DNA from: Desulfobacteraceae bacterium
GTDB lineage: Bacteria > Desulfobacterota > DSM-4660 > Desulfatiglandales > HGW-15
NCBI GenBank assembly: GCA_050123415.1
Contig: JASFHE010000001.1
Location: forward strand, 10,607-74,606
Length of the DNA: 64,000 nt
Direction: 5' to 3'
The translations under genes and the position numbers were made by a program. Every line of letters starts with the position of its first letter. Position 1 is the first letter of the stretch. Under the pieces are notes generated by a model. It was not told the DNA's origin. It worked only from the letters and a program-made list of their open reading frames with translations, and ran no database searches. Below are positions 44,119 through 53,170 of the stretch, piece after piece.

Positions 44119-44870
44119 TTAATTTCATCAATCCTTTTCTCCCTGGGATTCTTCCGAAGATAAGCTGCTACCGCTTCAATCTGATAATGATAACAGTGGA
44201 GTCCTTGGGAGTAAAACGAAAGTGGGCCGGGTTCAATACCGAGTTGGTCGGCGATGTATTGGTTAAGGAGTGTAAATCCTCCCATATTCTCCGGGAACCC
44301 AGCATATAAGTCCCATGAACGGTAAACAATGCCAAGAAGTACTTTCTTGGCTTTGACTTTGATATCAAGACCTCGAAGACATGGCGATGTCCTCCGCTCG
44401 GTTTCAGTCGTGTAAGGGATATCATAATTGAAGTTGATTCGTGGGTCGCCAACAGTAATAAAACAATGGTTGTTTCCGAATCCTTTGGTGGCAAGATGTC
44501 TAATGCACCAATCAAGCTGAGTGATCATTGCTCCGCTGAATGGATGTGCAAAGTGACCATTGATCCATGTAGAATACCTGTACTCCTCATTTGGATTGAG
44601 TTCAGGGTCCATAAGATAGTTGGTGAAGTACTTCTCGATTTCTTCATCCGTAGTGGTTGCAGGAATGCCGGTTGGCATGATTGGTGCAAGCGGACGGGTA
44701 TGCGGGTAGTGAATGAATCCAGCGGCGACCGGGAATTCTAATCTTCCGCCGCCCTTGCCTGAACCTTCATCAATAGCGATATTGTATCCGGTTTCGTAGC
44801 ATTTTGAAATCAATTGGAAGTATGCTTCATCCAACGTCATTGCTTCGACAAATGCTGGGACGAATTTCAT
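44115..44870 (-). CDS. divergent thymidylate synthase (ThyA)-fold pyrimidine C5 transferase
   Basis: TSPCLRGLD carries the catalytic Cys, as in the ThyA P-C-H motif. [26 protein letters not shown] parallels [30 protein letters not shown] parallels GD-x-H-x-Y. The Asn of PFN is retained as PEN. Confidence 0.6.
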   Translation of the reverse strand: [251 protein letters not shown]

Positions 44871-44980
44871 TTTACCTCCTCCTTTTTTTCAAGAACACCT
44901 CCGCAACAACATAAATCTCCGTCATCAAACGGCGCTGATTCCTCATAGCCACAGTTTTCACAACAGAGTAAATCTTTCAT
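44867..44980 (-). CDS. Cys-rich miniprotein (37 aa)
   Basis: MKDLLCCENCGYEESAPFDDGDLCCCGGVLEKKEEVK. Its TGA overlaps the TS-like ATG. Its start overlaps the end of the 86-aa ORF. Confidence 0.25.
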   Translation of the reverse strand: MKDLLCCENCGYEESAPFDDGDLCCCGGVLEKKEEVK

Positions 44981-45218
44981 TGAAATCCGATTTGAAATTG
45001 TTGCGGATATTTTTTGCTAATGCTTCTTGCATATCATGAAGACAAGCGGAACAGATTCTTAAACTCCTACTCCGGTTATTTAATTTTGTATCCATGAAGG
45101 TTGTTTTTGGAATACATAGAACTTGTGAAGCAAACCGCTGGCAGAAGTCGCATGGATATTCCATGCTAAAGCTGTTTGCTTCTGTTCGCTTATTTCGAAG
45201 GATATTGAATTGGGTCAT
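44958..45218 (-). CDS. Zn-binding small protein
   Basis: CDFC...CSAC. Confidence 0.4.
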   Translation of the reverse strand: MTQFNILRNKRTEANSFSMEYPCDFCQRFASQVLCIPKTTFMDTKLNNRSRSLRICSACLHDMQEALAKNIRNNFKSDFNERFTLL

Positions 45219-45236
45219 TTCCCCTACCTTTTATGG

Positions 45237-46412
45237 TTAATCATTGATTCCGAGTTCGTCGCAAATTTCATCCCGGAGGTCATCAATGCTGTCCTTGTCA
45301 TAATCATCGATATCAACGTCCAGGCCTTCTTCTTTGATTAACTTCTTCAGTTTAACCCAGGACATGTCGTCAATATCGTCCCGGTCGTAATCTGGCTCAT
45401 TGTCATCTCCGCCGCTATTTTCTTCCGCTTCTTCCAATCTCTCCTTCAGATAGGCAATAACCTTCTTCTTCTCCTTCTTAAACCTGCCTTTCTCATCGAA
45501 GTCAGCATCATCCAGGTCATTATCATCAACAAATTCCTCCAATTCGTCCATTTTATCGATGTCTTCCAATTCATCGATCAATTCCTGGATTTCTTCGACG
45601 GCATTGGCGACGCCATCTTCAGTGCCACCTTTCGGTTCGCCTACGTCGCCATCTTCGAGACAGGATGCATCTTTGATTTCGTCATAGGTTGCAATTACAA
45701 CAATTTCATCCAAGACGAAAGCGGCATCCAGGATATCGTCATCAATTTCATATTCCCGGTCATCAAAAGAGTGGCCAACAAAGGATGGAAAGTCATTTTT
45801 ACTTTTTGCAGGCTCGATGGTAAACGTAATGGACTTGCCATCTTCAGGATGGACAAAGTTAACTGTCTTTTCCTCTTTGCCATCCCGACTCGGTTTGCGA
45901 CTAATAGCCATCAATTGTTTTTCGAAGTAATACCATGAAACATCCCAAATTTGGACACCCTTCTTTGCTTCCTTCTTGTCGTCGTATGAAATAACGTTGT
46001 AAAGATTACGAGTCTTTGGAAAGTAATCTTTATACCGGTCATCATCCTTATCCCGAAGTTTTTGGCGATATTCGCAAATCGGACATTTTTTATCAAACAT
46101 TGCCGGGCAAATATATTGCTTATTGGCAGGGCCGACGTTCGTATGGACTTGGTATTCAAAAGTATAAGTCGGACTTCCTTCCTCAGTTGCAGGATCACGT
46201 TTGCCGGCCAGGTAGGGAATAATATCAATAATATGAGTCCCATCCTTCGGTTTCCAGATCGGAAGACTTTTGTCCTCCGGGAAGATATTCGAGCGGCGAC
46301 CTTTTGACTTTTGTTGACCGGTCTTTATCCGTTTCTGAAGACCATTACCTTTAAATAATCTTGCCTTCCGACTTTCTTTTGTTGATTTCTTTTCTTTGCG
46401 ATTTCTTTTCAT
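45237..46412 (-). CDS. ssDNA-binding protein, T4 gp32-like, with long acidic C-terminal tail
   Basis: VHTNVGPANKQYICPAMFDKKCPICEY has the H...C...C-x-x-C zinc site arrangement of gp32. KTRNLYNVISYDD...GVQIWDVSWYYFEKQL parallels gp32 KRKTSYWANILVVKD...KVFKYRFGKKIWDKI. The C-terminal 130 aa are Asp/Glu-rich. Confidence 0.55.
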   Translation of the reverse strand: MKRNRKEKKSTKESRKARLFKGNGLQKRIKTGQQKSKGRRSNIFPEDKSLPIWKPKDGTHIIDIIPYLAGKRDPATEEGSPTYTFEYQVHTNVGPANKQYICPAMFDKKCPICEYRQKLRDKDDDRYKDYFPKTRNLYNVISYDDKKEAKKGVQIWDVSWYYFEKQLMAISRKPSRDGKEEKTVNFVHPEDGKSITFTIEPAKSKNDFPSFVGHSFDDREYEIDDDILDAAFVLDEIVVIATYDEIKDASCLEDGDVGEPKGGTEDGVANAVEEIQELIDELEDIDKMDELEEFVDDNDLDDADFDEKGRFKKEKKKVIAYLKERLEEAEENSGGDDNEPDYDRDDIDDMSWVKLKKLIKEEGLDVDIDDYDKDSIDDLRDEICDELGIND

Positions 46413-46578
46413 GGAAAATTCCTCCTTTTCTACCCCGTTTTAGGTCTTTAGCTTGGTAAATACTTTTTGCAATTGCTAAGGTTAGAAGTCTTACAAATAT
46501 GTAAACGATTGCTACACATACAAGCAATGCGCTAAATGCCATAAATCCGTTTCCGATTATTTCAATTATATTTCTCAT
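46351..46578 (-). CDS. small membrane protein
   Basis: Hydrophobic FMAFSALLVCVAIVYIFVRLLTLAIA. Its 3' end overlaps the SSB start by 62 nt. Confidence 0.35.
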   Translation of the reverse strand: MRNIIEIIGNGFMAFSALLVCVAIVYIFVRLLTLAIAKSIYQAKDLKRGRKGGIFHEKKSQRKEINKRKSEGKII

Positions 46579-47105
46579 TTATATCCTCGCCGCCGTTTTA
46601 ATTTTCTGTTTCCACTTGGTCGGTAAGTCCCACGTAATTGATTTTCAATATCCTTGCGTGTGTCTTCACTCATACGCTTTTGCTCTTCACGCGGTACACG
46701 GACATCTCCTTCCATTTTTTTATTCCGATAGTAAAGATAGGCTTCAAGCATACGCTTCCGCTGTTCAAATGCTTTCTCTGCCTTTTTCAATAGATTAAAG
46801 TTTGTCCTTGCGTGTGTCCACTTGCGCCGGGCGCGTTTTACTTTGCTGTTAGAATTAAGGGCGGATTTGATTGCGCCTTCGGTAATATTCGAATCGGAAT
46901 CGAAGTACTTATCAGGATTTGTTCTGATATCATATTCCACATCGATCAAAACCAGGTCATAATTATCTTTTGCATCATCCCGTTCAACTTCTGCTTCCGC
47001 TGTGGCCTGGGCCCAGTCGTAGTACTTTTGTGGTTGCTCCAGCAATTCATCGTCCAAACGGTGCTTGTTGATTCTCAAATCCGCCCTATATCTATTTTTT
47101 GCCAT
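46575..47105 (-). CDS. hypothetical protein, possible UvsY-like recombination mediator
   Basis: The helical pattern RLDDELLEQPQKYYDWAQATAEAE...NITEGAIKSAL...FEQRKRMLEAY is loosely UvsY-like. It lies next to the gp32-like SSB and in the same arm as the UvsX-like gene. Confidence 0.25.
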   Translation of the reverse strand: MAKNRYRADLRINKHRLDDELLEQPQKYYDWAQATAEAEVERDDAKDNYDLVLIDVEYDIRTNPDKYFDSDSNITEGAIKSALNSNSKVKRARRKWTHARTNFNLLKKAEKAFEQRKRMLEAYLYYRNKKMEGDVRVPREEQKRMSEDTRKDIENQLRGTYRPSGNRKLKRRRGYK

Positions 47106-47263
47106 TATTCGGTTTCTCCAGCCTCTTGCGCGTCGGCGTCAATGTAGCCTTCATTCCAGATTTTAATATCTCTTTCCTTTGTATAAGGACAGGAATCGGA
47201 ACTTTCCCCTTTTCTGAATGCTTCCGCGCCTTTGTAGTAAATATTCAATTGCTTTTTATTCAT
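47105..47263 (-). CDS. Rmf-like miniprotein (52 aa, below the track cutoff)
   Basis: MNKKQLNIYYKGAEAFRKGESSDSCPYTKERDIKIWNEGYIDA follows the Y-x-x-G...G...CPY...W-x-x-GY pattern of ribosome modulation factor-like domains. ATGA and TAATG overlaps with its neighbours. Confidence 0.4.
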   Translation of the reverse strand: MNKKQLNIYYKGAEAFRKGESSDSCPYTKERDIKIWNEGYIDADAQEAGETE

Positions 47264-47724
47264 TTTCCCTCCTTAATCTTGTTTTCGGTTTTCCTTGCTA
47301 ATCTTGTAGCACCAAGTGGTTTGAATACATTCTTTTGGTGTGCAACCTTGATCATATGGATAATTAGTGCAGGGTACCATGTGGCAGGCAAATTAGAAAG
47401 AATATTTATTAAGTTATCCCATCCGAGAGCATCAATACCAGCGCATTTTGGAAGTATTTGATCTTTACTTCCAAAATGCGCCTCACCAGATTTCTGATCA
47501 CCTCCTAAGATTATATCTCCACAATGAAAACATCTGTAATGTTGGGCTTGATAATCGATTGAAAGTGGATTGAAATGGCATTCCCATGCTTGATGGTCAT
47601 TATCTCCGCAGACGGCGCAGCAATTACCATCTGGTTTTAATTGTTCCATGGCAAGTTTGCATTTATGTATTATTTCTACATAGTCGCGTTCTGTCGGCAA
47701 TCTTTTCGGTTTAGGTATCTGCAT
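47260..47724 (-). CDS. Cys/His-rich hypothetical protein
   Basis: CCAVCGDNDHQAWECH...CFHCGD. Confidence 0.45.
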   Translation of the reverse strand: MQIPKPKRLPTERDYVEIIHKCKLAMEQLKPDGNCCAVCGDNDHQAWECHFNPLSIDYQAQHYRCFHCGDIILGGDQKSGEAHFGSKDQILPKCAGIDALGWDNLINILSNLPATWYPALIIHMIKVAHQKNVFKPLGATRLARKTENKIKEGK

Positions 47725-47726
47725 AG

Positions 47727-48113
47727 CTAAATCCTAAATGTTTCTTGCTTAATATTGTTTTTCTCCGCTTTTTTCTTCTGGGCAGCATTGATTTTGCGAA
47801 GTTTGTGTCCGCATTTCCGGATGAAACGCATTCGCCTTTGAAAAGTCTTCAAGGTATACATTTCACCAACGCGCAGGACAAATAATTCATCATTTTCTTT
47901 CTTATCGATAGTGAATAGGGCGTCGACCTTTCCTTTAGTGGTGATGTATGTATCACGGAAGACATTATAGGATTGATTGAGGTACTGGTTTGGTAGTTCT
48001 TCGCGGCGTAATGCTTCAATTTTAACCACCTCAATTTTCACCGACGGAGTTGTCAACATTTGATCGCTGTGGAGTTTTCTTTGATATTGTTTAGCTTTTA
48101 TTATTATTGCCAT
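47727..48113 (-). CDS. hypothetical protein
   Basis: 128-aa ORF. Confidence 0.45.
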   Translation of the reverse strand: MAIIIKAKQYQRKLHSDQMLTTPSVKIEVVKIEALRREELPNQYLNQSYNVFRDTYITTKGKVDALFTIDKKENDELFVLRVGEMYTLKTFQRRMRFIRKCGHKLRKINAAQKKKAEKNNIKQETFRI

Positions 48114-48126
48114 TTTCTCCCTCCTT

Positions 48127-48345
48127 TTAGTTTTTTATTTCATGTATTTTAAATTTTATTCTTAAAAATGGTTTAATATTTTCGGCAAATATTTTTGGAT
48201 TAATATTTTCAGTCCCGGATGTATGACTAAGTTCCTGAATCGGATGAACCTGTCTGTGTTCAAGTATTATTTCCTCGATTATAACGTCATTTCTCGGTCT
48301 GGCATAATCGATTACTTCATTGATTAATTTGTCTATTATTTTCAT
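48127..48345 (-). CDS. hypothetical protein
   Basis: 72-aa ORF. Confidence 0.4.
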   Translation of the reverse strand: MKIIDKLINEVIDYARPRNDVIIEEIILEHRQVHPIQELSHTSGTENINPKIFAENIKPFLRIKFKIHEIKN

Positions 48346-48348
48346 TTT

Positions 48349-51300
48349 TTATCTCCTTCTCTTCCTATTATATACTGTTTTATCAGAAAGTCCGGGCGCT
48401 AATATCCGCATTAATCGGAAGAAATTTTTCATCCCTGCGATATAAAATGATTTATTATCAGGATTATGGAATGTTGCTGCTGGATGTAAACACCAAGCAA
48501 TCCAACAACCATACTTTTCATTCCATGTAGTTCTGCCGCTCATTCCGGTAATACCAGATTTTATTCCTTCAAAGAATTGAAGAGAAGTGTTACCAAATGC
48601 AAGAATTAAAACGGGTTTAATTTGCTTTAATTCATCATTAAGATATCTGGAAGTACATTCTTGAATTTGCTTTGAGTTTGGTTTTCTACTTTTGCTTGGA
48701 TAGCATTTATTGATATTGGTTACATGAAATAATGATCGTTCATATCCTTTTCGATTTATATCTCCCCAGAGTAACCCTCCTGCCGGTGCTTCTTCGTAAA
48801 AACCCCAACCAAATTGGTCTTCCTTTGGACCAGGTGCTTCTCCAGCTAATACTATATTATATTTTCCTGGGCTGGGCATAACAGGTCGATGGCATTCATT
48901 TCTCAATTTGCAAGCAGTACAGGATTGTAGTTCATAATATCCATATTTCTTGAATCTTCTCCTTTTAACTGCATTGCCGCCAAGTTTTTTAAGTTCTTTT
49001 GTCTCCCCATTCAAAGTATTATCAAGTCGATCCAAACGGATACTACCTCCAAAGAGATTATAAAGATTTTTGTAATTCTCTTTTGGATTAGAAACCACTC
49101 TAAAATCAAAGTATTCACGCATTTCTTCGGTAATTGTTGTGTCAGTTGGATCATATGCCTTGATGGCATCGAGTTTCTTTCCCAGATCACCAGGATGTCT
49201 TTTTATCTTTTTAACTTTCATTTTATTTTCCTTATTAAAGAATTTAGTAATTCCAGGATCATCGTCTTTTATTCCACCACCTCTTGCTGCCTCAACTGCT
49301 TTGACAGGTCCAAGTCCTCCAACTTCTTTAAATGGAATAAAAAGCATATTATCACGCGCAACCCACTTGGTAGCATGGCTGATACCAATCTTCGGCAGTC
49401 GCATTACAAGTCCGAGCCGATATGCTTCTTCCACAATCTCTCTTTTTTTCTCTTTTGCTCCAAATGTTAATGATGCACAAATAAACTCTGTCGGATAGTA
49501 ATGCTTTATCCACATACACCACATTCCAAGGATTGCATATTCCACAGCATGGGCCCGGTTGAAACCATATCGTGACCACTTTTGCAAACCAGCCCAGAAT
49601 TGCGTTGCTTCACGTTCTGAGAATATCTTCGTTTTCCGGCAACCGCGCATGAACTTCCGTTCGAACTTCTTAAATTCTTTGGCATCACGTTTCTTACCAA
49701 TAATTTTTCGGATTTTATCTGCCGTTTCATATGGTAGACCAGCAACCTTATTAATTACTGCCATAATCTGCTCTTGAAAGACAAGAAGTCCGTAGGTATC
49801 AGAAGTTAATTCTTCATAAACATGGTGCATTTTGTCCCAGTGTTCTCCACGTTTTCTCTTTATATAATTATCGGTCATTCCCGATTCAGTTGGGCCGGGT
49901 CGTACGAGAGAGATTGCATGGGCTATATGATTAAACTCTTCCACACCCATGTCTTTGATCAAATTTGTCATTGCCCAAGTATTTATTTGAAATGCTCCTA
50001 CCGTATTGCCCTCACTTATCTCCTTTAGCACTTGTGGGTTTTCAAGTTCAAGGAGATCAAGTTCGATGTTTTTGTTGTGGTTCTGTTTAATGAGTTCGAT
50101 GGCATGGGATAGAATAGAGAGGAGTTTTAATCCAAGGGAGTCAAGTTTCATCAAACCGACAAATTCTGTATCATCCTTCTCCCAATTAATGTTTCTTCCT
50201 TTTTTGGTATCGATAAGAACACAACGACCAGACTTGCCGATTTCTTGCATGGAAACAATGATCGCCGCGGCGTGCTTTCCATAGTTCTTTACCTGCCCTG
50301 CAAGTTGTTTTGCATACTTAATTATCCTCGGATAATTCTCTGCAAACTCTTGACAGACCTGGTATTCATCAATAGCGTTTTGAATCTTTTCCGCTTCGGT
50401 ACCAGGGAACTTATCATCAATCATTTTTGTAAAAGAGTTCGCTTCACCTTCGCTAACCTCAAAAACTCTGGCGACGTCTTTGACTGCCGCTTTTGCTTTC
50501 ATTCTATTGAAAGAAGAAACACCGGAAATATTTCCTTCCCCATATAATTCTTCCAAATGTTCCTTAATAAGGTGGCGCTTTGTGTCTTCAAAATCAATAT
50601 CAATATCCGGATAGTCAATACGATCTTTGTTAATAAATCGATCAAAAATCAAATTGTGTTTTATTGGATCAACAGAAGTAATTCCGAGGAGATAAGCCAT
50701 TAAACTTCCGCCAACAGAACCGCGGCCGGGTCCAATTAAGATTCCTTGTTTCTTGCACCAACTGCATAGTTCCCATACAATTAGAAAGTATCGTGTAAAC
50801 TTTTTCTCCACGATAAGGTCGTATTCCATCTTTAATCGCTCTTTGTATTCAGTATTATGGGAAACACTTCGATGGAATCGATCCCTATAACCGTCCACGC
50901 AAAGTTGCCAAAGTGTTTTGTTTTCTTTGTCTGGATCAATACCTGGGACATGTGGAAGTTTAATGTCTCGTTTTGGGATTCTGTAGTCCGAACATTTTTC
51001 TGCAATCTCTAAAGTATTAATAAGGAATTTTTCATTATATATTCCAACCGCTTTCATTGCTCGGATCATTTCGTTAGTTTTACGAAGATGAAGTCCGTGG
51101 AATCCAAAACTCCATCTTTTAGGATCATTCCATGTTACCTTACGCTGAATTGCGAGAAGTACATCATGGACTTTCCAATCAGACCGATCAATATAATGGC
51201 AGTCATTAGTGACGATTACTTTTACTCTTGTTTCTTTGGCAAGTTTCAGGATTCTTTTGTTATGCTCCGCCTGGATTTTAATATCATGAGGCATTAATTC

Positions 51301-51783
51301 CAGATATAGATCATCTTTCATTCTTTTATGGAGTTTATGAAAGAAATCAATACCGCCTTCAACATTAATGAAACTCATAACACAAGCAGTTCCAATAACC
51401 AGTCCGCGTCTGTATTTCATCAAAGTTTTGAAATCAATTCTTGGTTTGTAGTGATAGCCCTCCAGATTTGCTATGGTTAGCATTTTGCAGAGATTTCGAA
51501 ATCCGGTGTTATTTTTTATCCATAAAGAGACGTGACCTCGGACCGCTTTCTTCTTCCATTCATTGACCAGGTAACCTTCGCAACCGAGAATTGGTTTGAT
51601 TCCTGCCTGGTCACATGCTTTCTGGAATTTAATAAGTCCATCGATATTACCGTGATCAGTACAGGCCAAGAATTTCTGACCATTAGCCACGGCCTTCTCC
51701 GCATATTTGGACGCAGAGCCGAATCCATCAAGTTGAGAATATTCGGAGTGGAGATGTAAATGGCAAAAGTCTTCTTTATTCAT
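48349..51783 (-). CDS. dnaE: DNA polymerase III alpha subunit (C-family) fused to a C-terminal uracil-DNA glycosylase family 4-like domain
   Basis: - Polymerase part: PHP domain HLHLHSEYSQLDG, GPGRGSVGGSLMAYLLGITSVDPI...DIDIDF, RPGP, and FNRAHAVEYAILGMW.
- C-terminal about 200 aa (nt 48352-48960): CTACKLRNEC, LAGEAPGPKED, NKC-x16-C, and CLHPAAT.
- Start: GGAG lies 9 nt upstream of ATG 51783; the track start is 51831. Confidence 0.85.
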   Translation of the reverse strand: MNKEDFCHLHLHSEYSQLDGFGSASKYAEKAVANGQKFLACTDHGNIDGLIKFQKACDQAGIKPILGCEGYLVNEWKKKAVRGHVSLWIKNNTGFRNLCKMLTIANLEGYHYKPRIDFKTLMKYRRGLVIGTACVMSFINVEGGIDFFHKLHKRMKDDLYLELMPHDIKIQAEHNKRILKLAKETRVKVIVTNDCHYIDRSDWKVHDVLLAIQRKVTWNDPKRWSFGFHGLHLRKTNEMIRAMKAVGIYNEKFLINTLEIAEKCSDYRIPKRDIKLPHVPGIDPDKENKTLWQLCVDGYRDRFHRSVSHNTEYKERLKMEYDLIVEKKFTRYFLIVWELCSWCKKQGILIGPGRGSVGGSLMAYLLGITSVDPIKHNLIFDRFINKDRIDYPDIDIDFEDTKRHLIKEHLEELYGEGNISGVSSFNRMKAKAAVKDVARVFEVSEGEANSFTKMIDDKFPGTEAEKIQNAIDEYQVCQEFAENYPRIIKYAKQLAGQVKNYGKHAAAIIVSMQEIGKSGRCVLIDTKKGRNINWEKDDTEFVGLMKLDSLGLKLLSILSHAIELIKQNHNKNIELDLLELENPQVLKEISEGNTVGAFQINTWAMTNLIKDMGVEEFNHIAHAISLVRPGPTESGMTDNYIKRKRGEHWDKMHHVYEELTSDTYGLLVFQEQIMAVINKVAGLPYETADKIRKIIGKKRDAKEFKKFERKFMRGCRKTKIFSEREATQFWAGLQKWSRYGFNRAHAVEYAILGMWCMWIKHYYPTEFICASLTFGAKEKKREIVEEAYRLGLVMRLPKIGISHATKWVARDNMLFIPFKEVGGLGPVKAVEAARGGGIKDDDPGITKFFNKENKMKVKKIKRHPGDLGKKLDAIKAYDPTDTTITEEMREYFDFRVVSNPKENYKNLYNLFGGSIRLDRLDNTLNGETKELKKLGGNAVKRRRFKKYGYYELQSCTACKLRNECHRPVMPSPGKYNIVLAGEAPGPKEDQFGWGFYEEAPAGGLLWGDINRKGYERSLFHVTNINKCYPSKSRKPNSKQIQECTSRYLNDELKQIKPVLILAFGNTSLQFFEGIKSGITGMSGRTTWNEKYGCWIAWCLHPAATFHNPDNKSFYIAGMKNFFRLMRILAPGLSDKTVYNRKRRR

Positions 51784-52003
51784 ATTTTTTTTCACTCCAT
51801 AATAAACAGGGGCCTTGTCCTGAACCAACAATATACCATCCTATTTTTTTATGCCTTCCGATGCCAATAAGTGGCTCGGAGTTATCAACTACTTCCTTGC
51901 ATTCTTTTGGCATTATGTCATAAAAATGTTTCCATAATTCAGAAGGAAGCATTATTTTTTCAAGTTCTAAATATCCAGTTTCTTTTGTTCTCATAAGAAG
52001 CAT
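51776..52003 (-). CDS. hypothetical protein
   Basis: 75-aa ORF. Confidence 0.4.
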   Translation of the reverse strand: MLLMRTKETGYLELEKIMLPSELWKHFYDIMPKECKEVVDNSEPLIGIGRHKKIGWYIVGSGQGPCLLWSEKKYE

Positions 52004-52209
52004 TCCTTTTCTTCCGTATTGAATTCCGGATTGTCGAACGTAAAGTAAATATTGTTAAGTCCAAGAATCTCAATCAACTCCATGGCCGACATCTCTTTCA
52101 ATCGATCAATTGTGAAACCTGATATCGCTCCTCCGGCTTTATGTATTGATTGGAGAAGACTATGGAGACAAGCCGTCCTTGAAACCAGGACGTATTTATT
52201 CTTGATCAT
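51991..52209 (-). CDS. hypothetical protein
   Basis: ATG 52209 has GGAAAGG 9 nt upstream. The track start is 52287. Confidence 0.4.
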   Translation of the reverse strand: MIKNKYVLVSRTACLHSLLQSIHKAGGAISGFTIDRLKEMSAMELIEILGLNNIYFTFDNPEFNTEEKECFL

Positions 52210-52918
52210 TTCCATCATCCTTTCCGAGCAATTCTTTCGCCGCGATGTTTTTCCATTGTTCTTTCCATTGTTCTTTGTTTTTCTCAATCTCTTCTATTAT
52301 ATCATCCATTATATCATGCTTTAAAAAATATGCCGTGAACGATTTAAAAGCAATTCCAATCCATGACGCCAGTAATGCGTTTCCTTTGGTGATCTCCTCA
52401 AGTCTCTTGGATATCTTCGCATATCGAGACATGAACCGTTCTTGATTGTTTTCGGTGATTATAGCTATATGTGGATGTTCAAACCTTAAATCTTCTACTA
52501 TGTTTCCTTGGGCAATCTTCCATATCAATTCATACCTATCCGTGTAGTATTTCCCCCAGTTCTTTTTGATTCTCTCCCATACTTCTTCCGTGTAGTTGTC
52601 GAATACCTCTTGGATAACTTCGTGAATATTGGTACAGGAGAAGAAAACGCGGGAGCCAATTGGTGGGATATAATTTGGAGTGAATCGATCATGACTCCAA
52701 TTAATGTGTTGCATCGTGCCACGACAGAAAGGACAACCAACCATGAATGGTGTTACTCCGTCACGGCTATTCCAGATGATTTCTACCTTGCCGCATTCCT
52801 CGCATCCATACTCCATCAAGGCAAATGCTTCATGTGGATATTGAAAGGAGTTTTTCATTTGGATATCCATGAATGGCGGTTCTTTGATTGTTAATTCTAC
52901 AGACGGTTTGTTTTCCAT
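52196..52918 (-). CDS. Zn-binding hypothetical protein
   Basis: CEECG...CPFCRG. Confidence 0.45.
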   Translation of the reverse strand: MENKPSVELTIKEPPFMDIQMKNSFQYPHEAFALMEYGCEECGKVEIIWNSRDGVTPFMVGCPFCRGTMQHINWSHDRFTPNYIPPIGSRVFFSCTNIHEVIQEVFDNYTEEVWERIKKNWGKYYTDRYELIWKIAQGNIVEDLRFEHPHIAIITENNQERFMSRYAKISKRLEEITKGNALLASWIGIAFKSFTAYFLKHDIMDDIIEEIEKNKEQWKEQWKNIAAKELLGKDDGNDQE

Positions 52919-52927
52919 TTCCTCACC

Positions 52928-53170
52928 TCACGGTTTTAAAATATAAAGTTTTTCGGCAATATCGAGTAGGCGATCAAATTGCTTCTCGGTCACCTTCATT
53001 TTCTCTCCATGCAGGCGAAACTTTTGGATCAAGTTGTTAACCAGGTCTACCTCAAATTGTGTCATCATTACCGTGTGAGGGTGGAGGTCCCTCAGAGTGA
53101 TGATAAGGTCAGCAACTTCCTCCTGATCAATATTTTTGTCTTTGTCTTCTTTTGGGTAATATGCTGCCAT
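52928..53170 (-). CDS. hypothetical protein
   Basis: 80-aa ORF. Confidence 0.4.
   Translation of the reverse strand: MAAYYPKEDKDKNIDQEEVADLIITLRDLHPHTVMMTQFEVDLVNNLIQKFRLHGEKMKVTEKQFDRLLDIAEKLYILKP

Noticed and set aside
49139-50547. Several 70-120-aa plus-strand ORFs inside the PolIII alpha gene
   Set aside because: They are antisense to a 1144-aa gene with continuous DnaE motifs, and they have no supporting signals.
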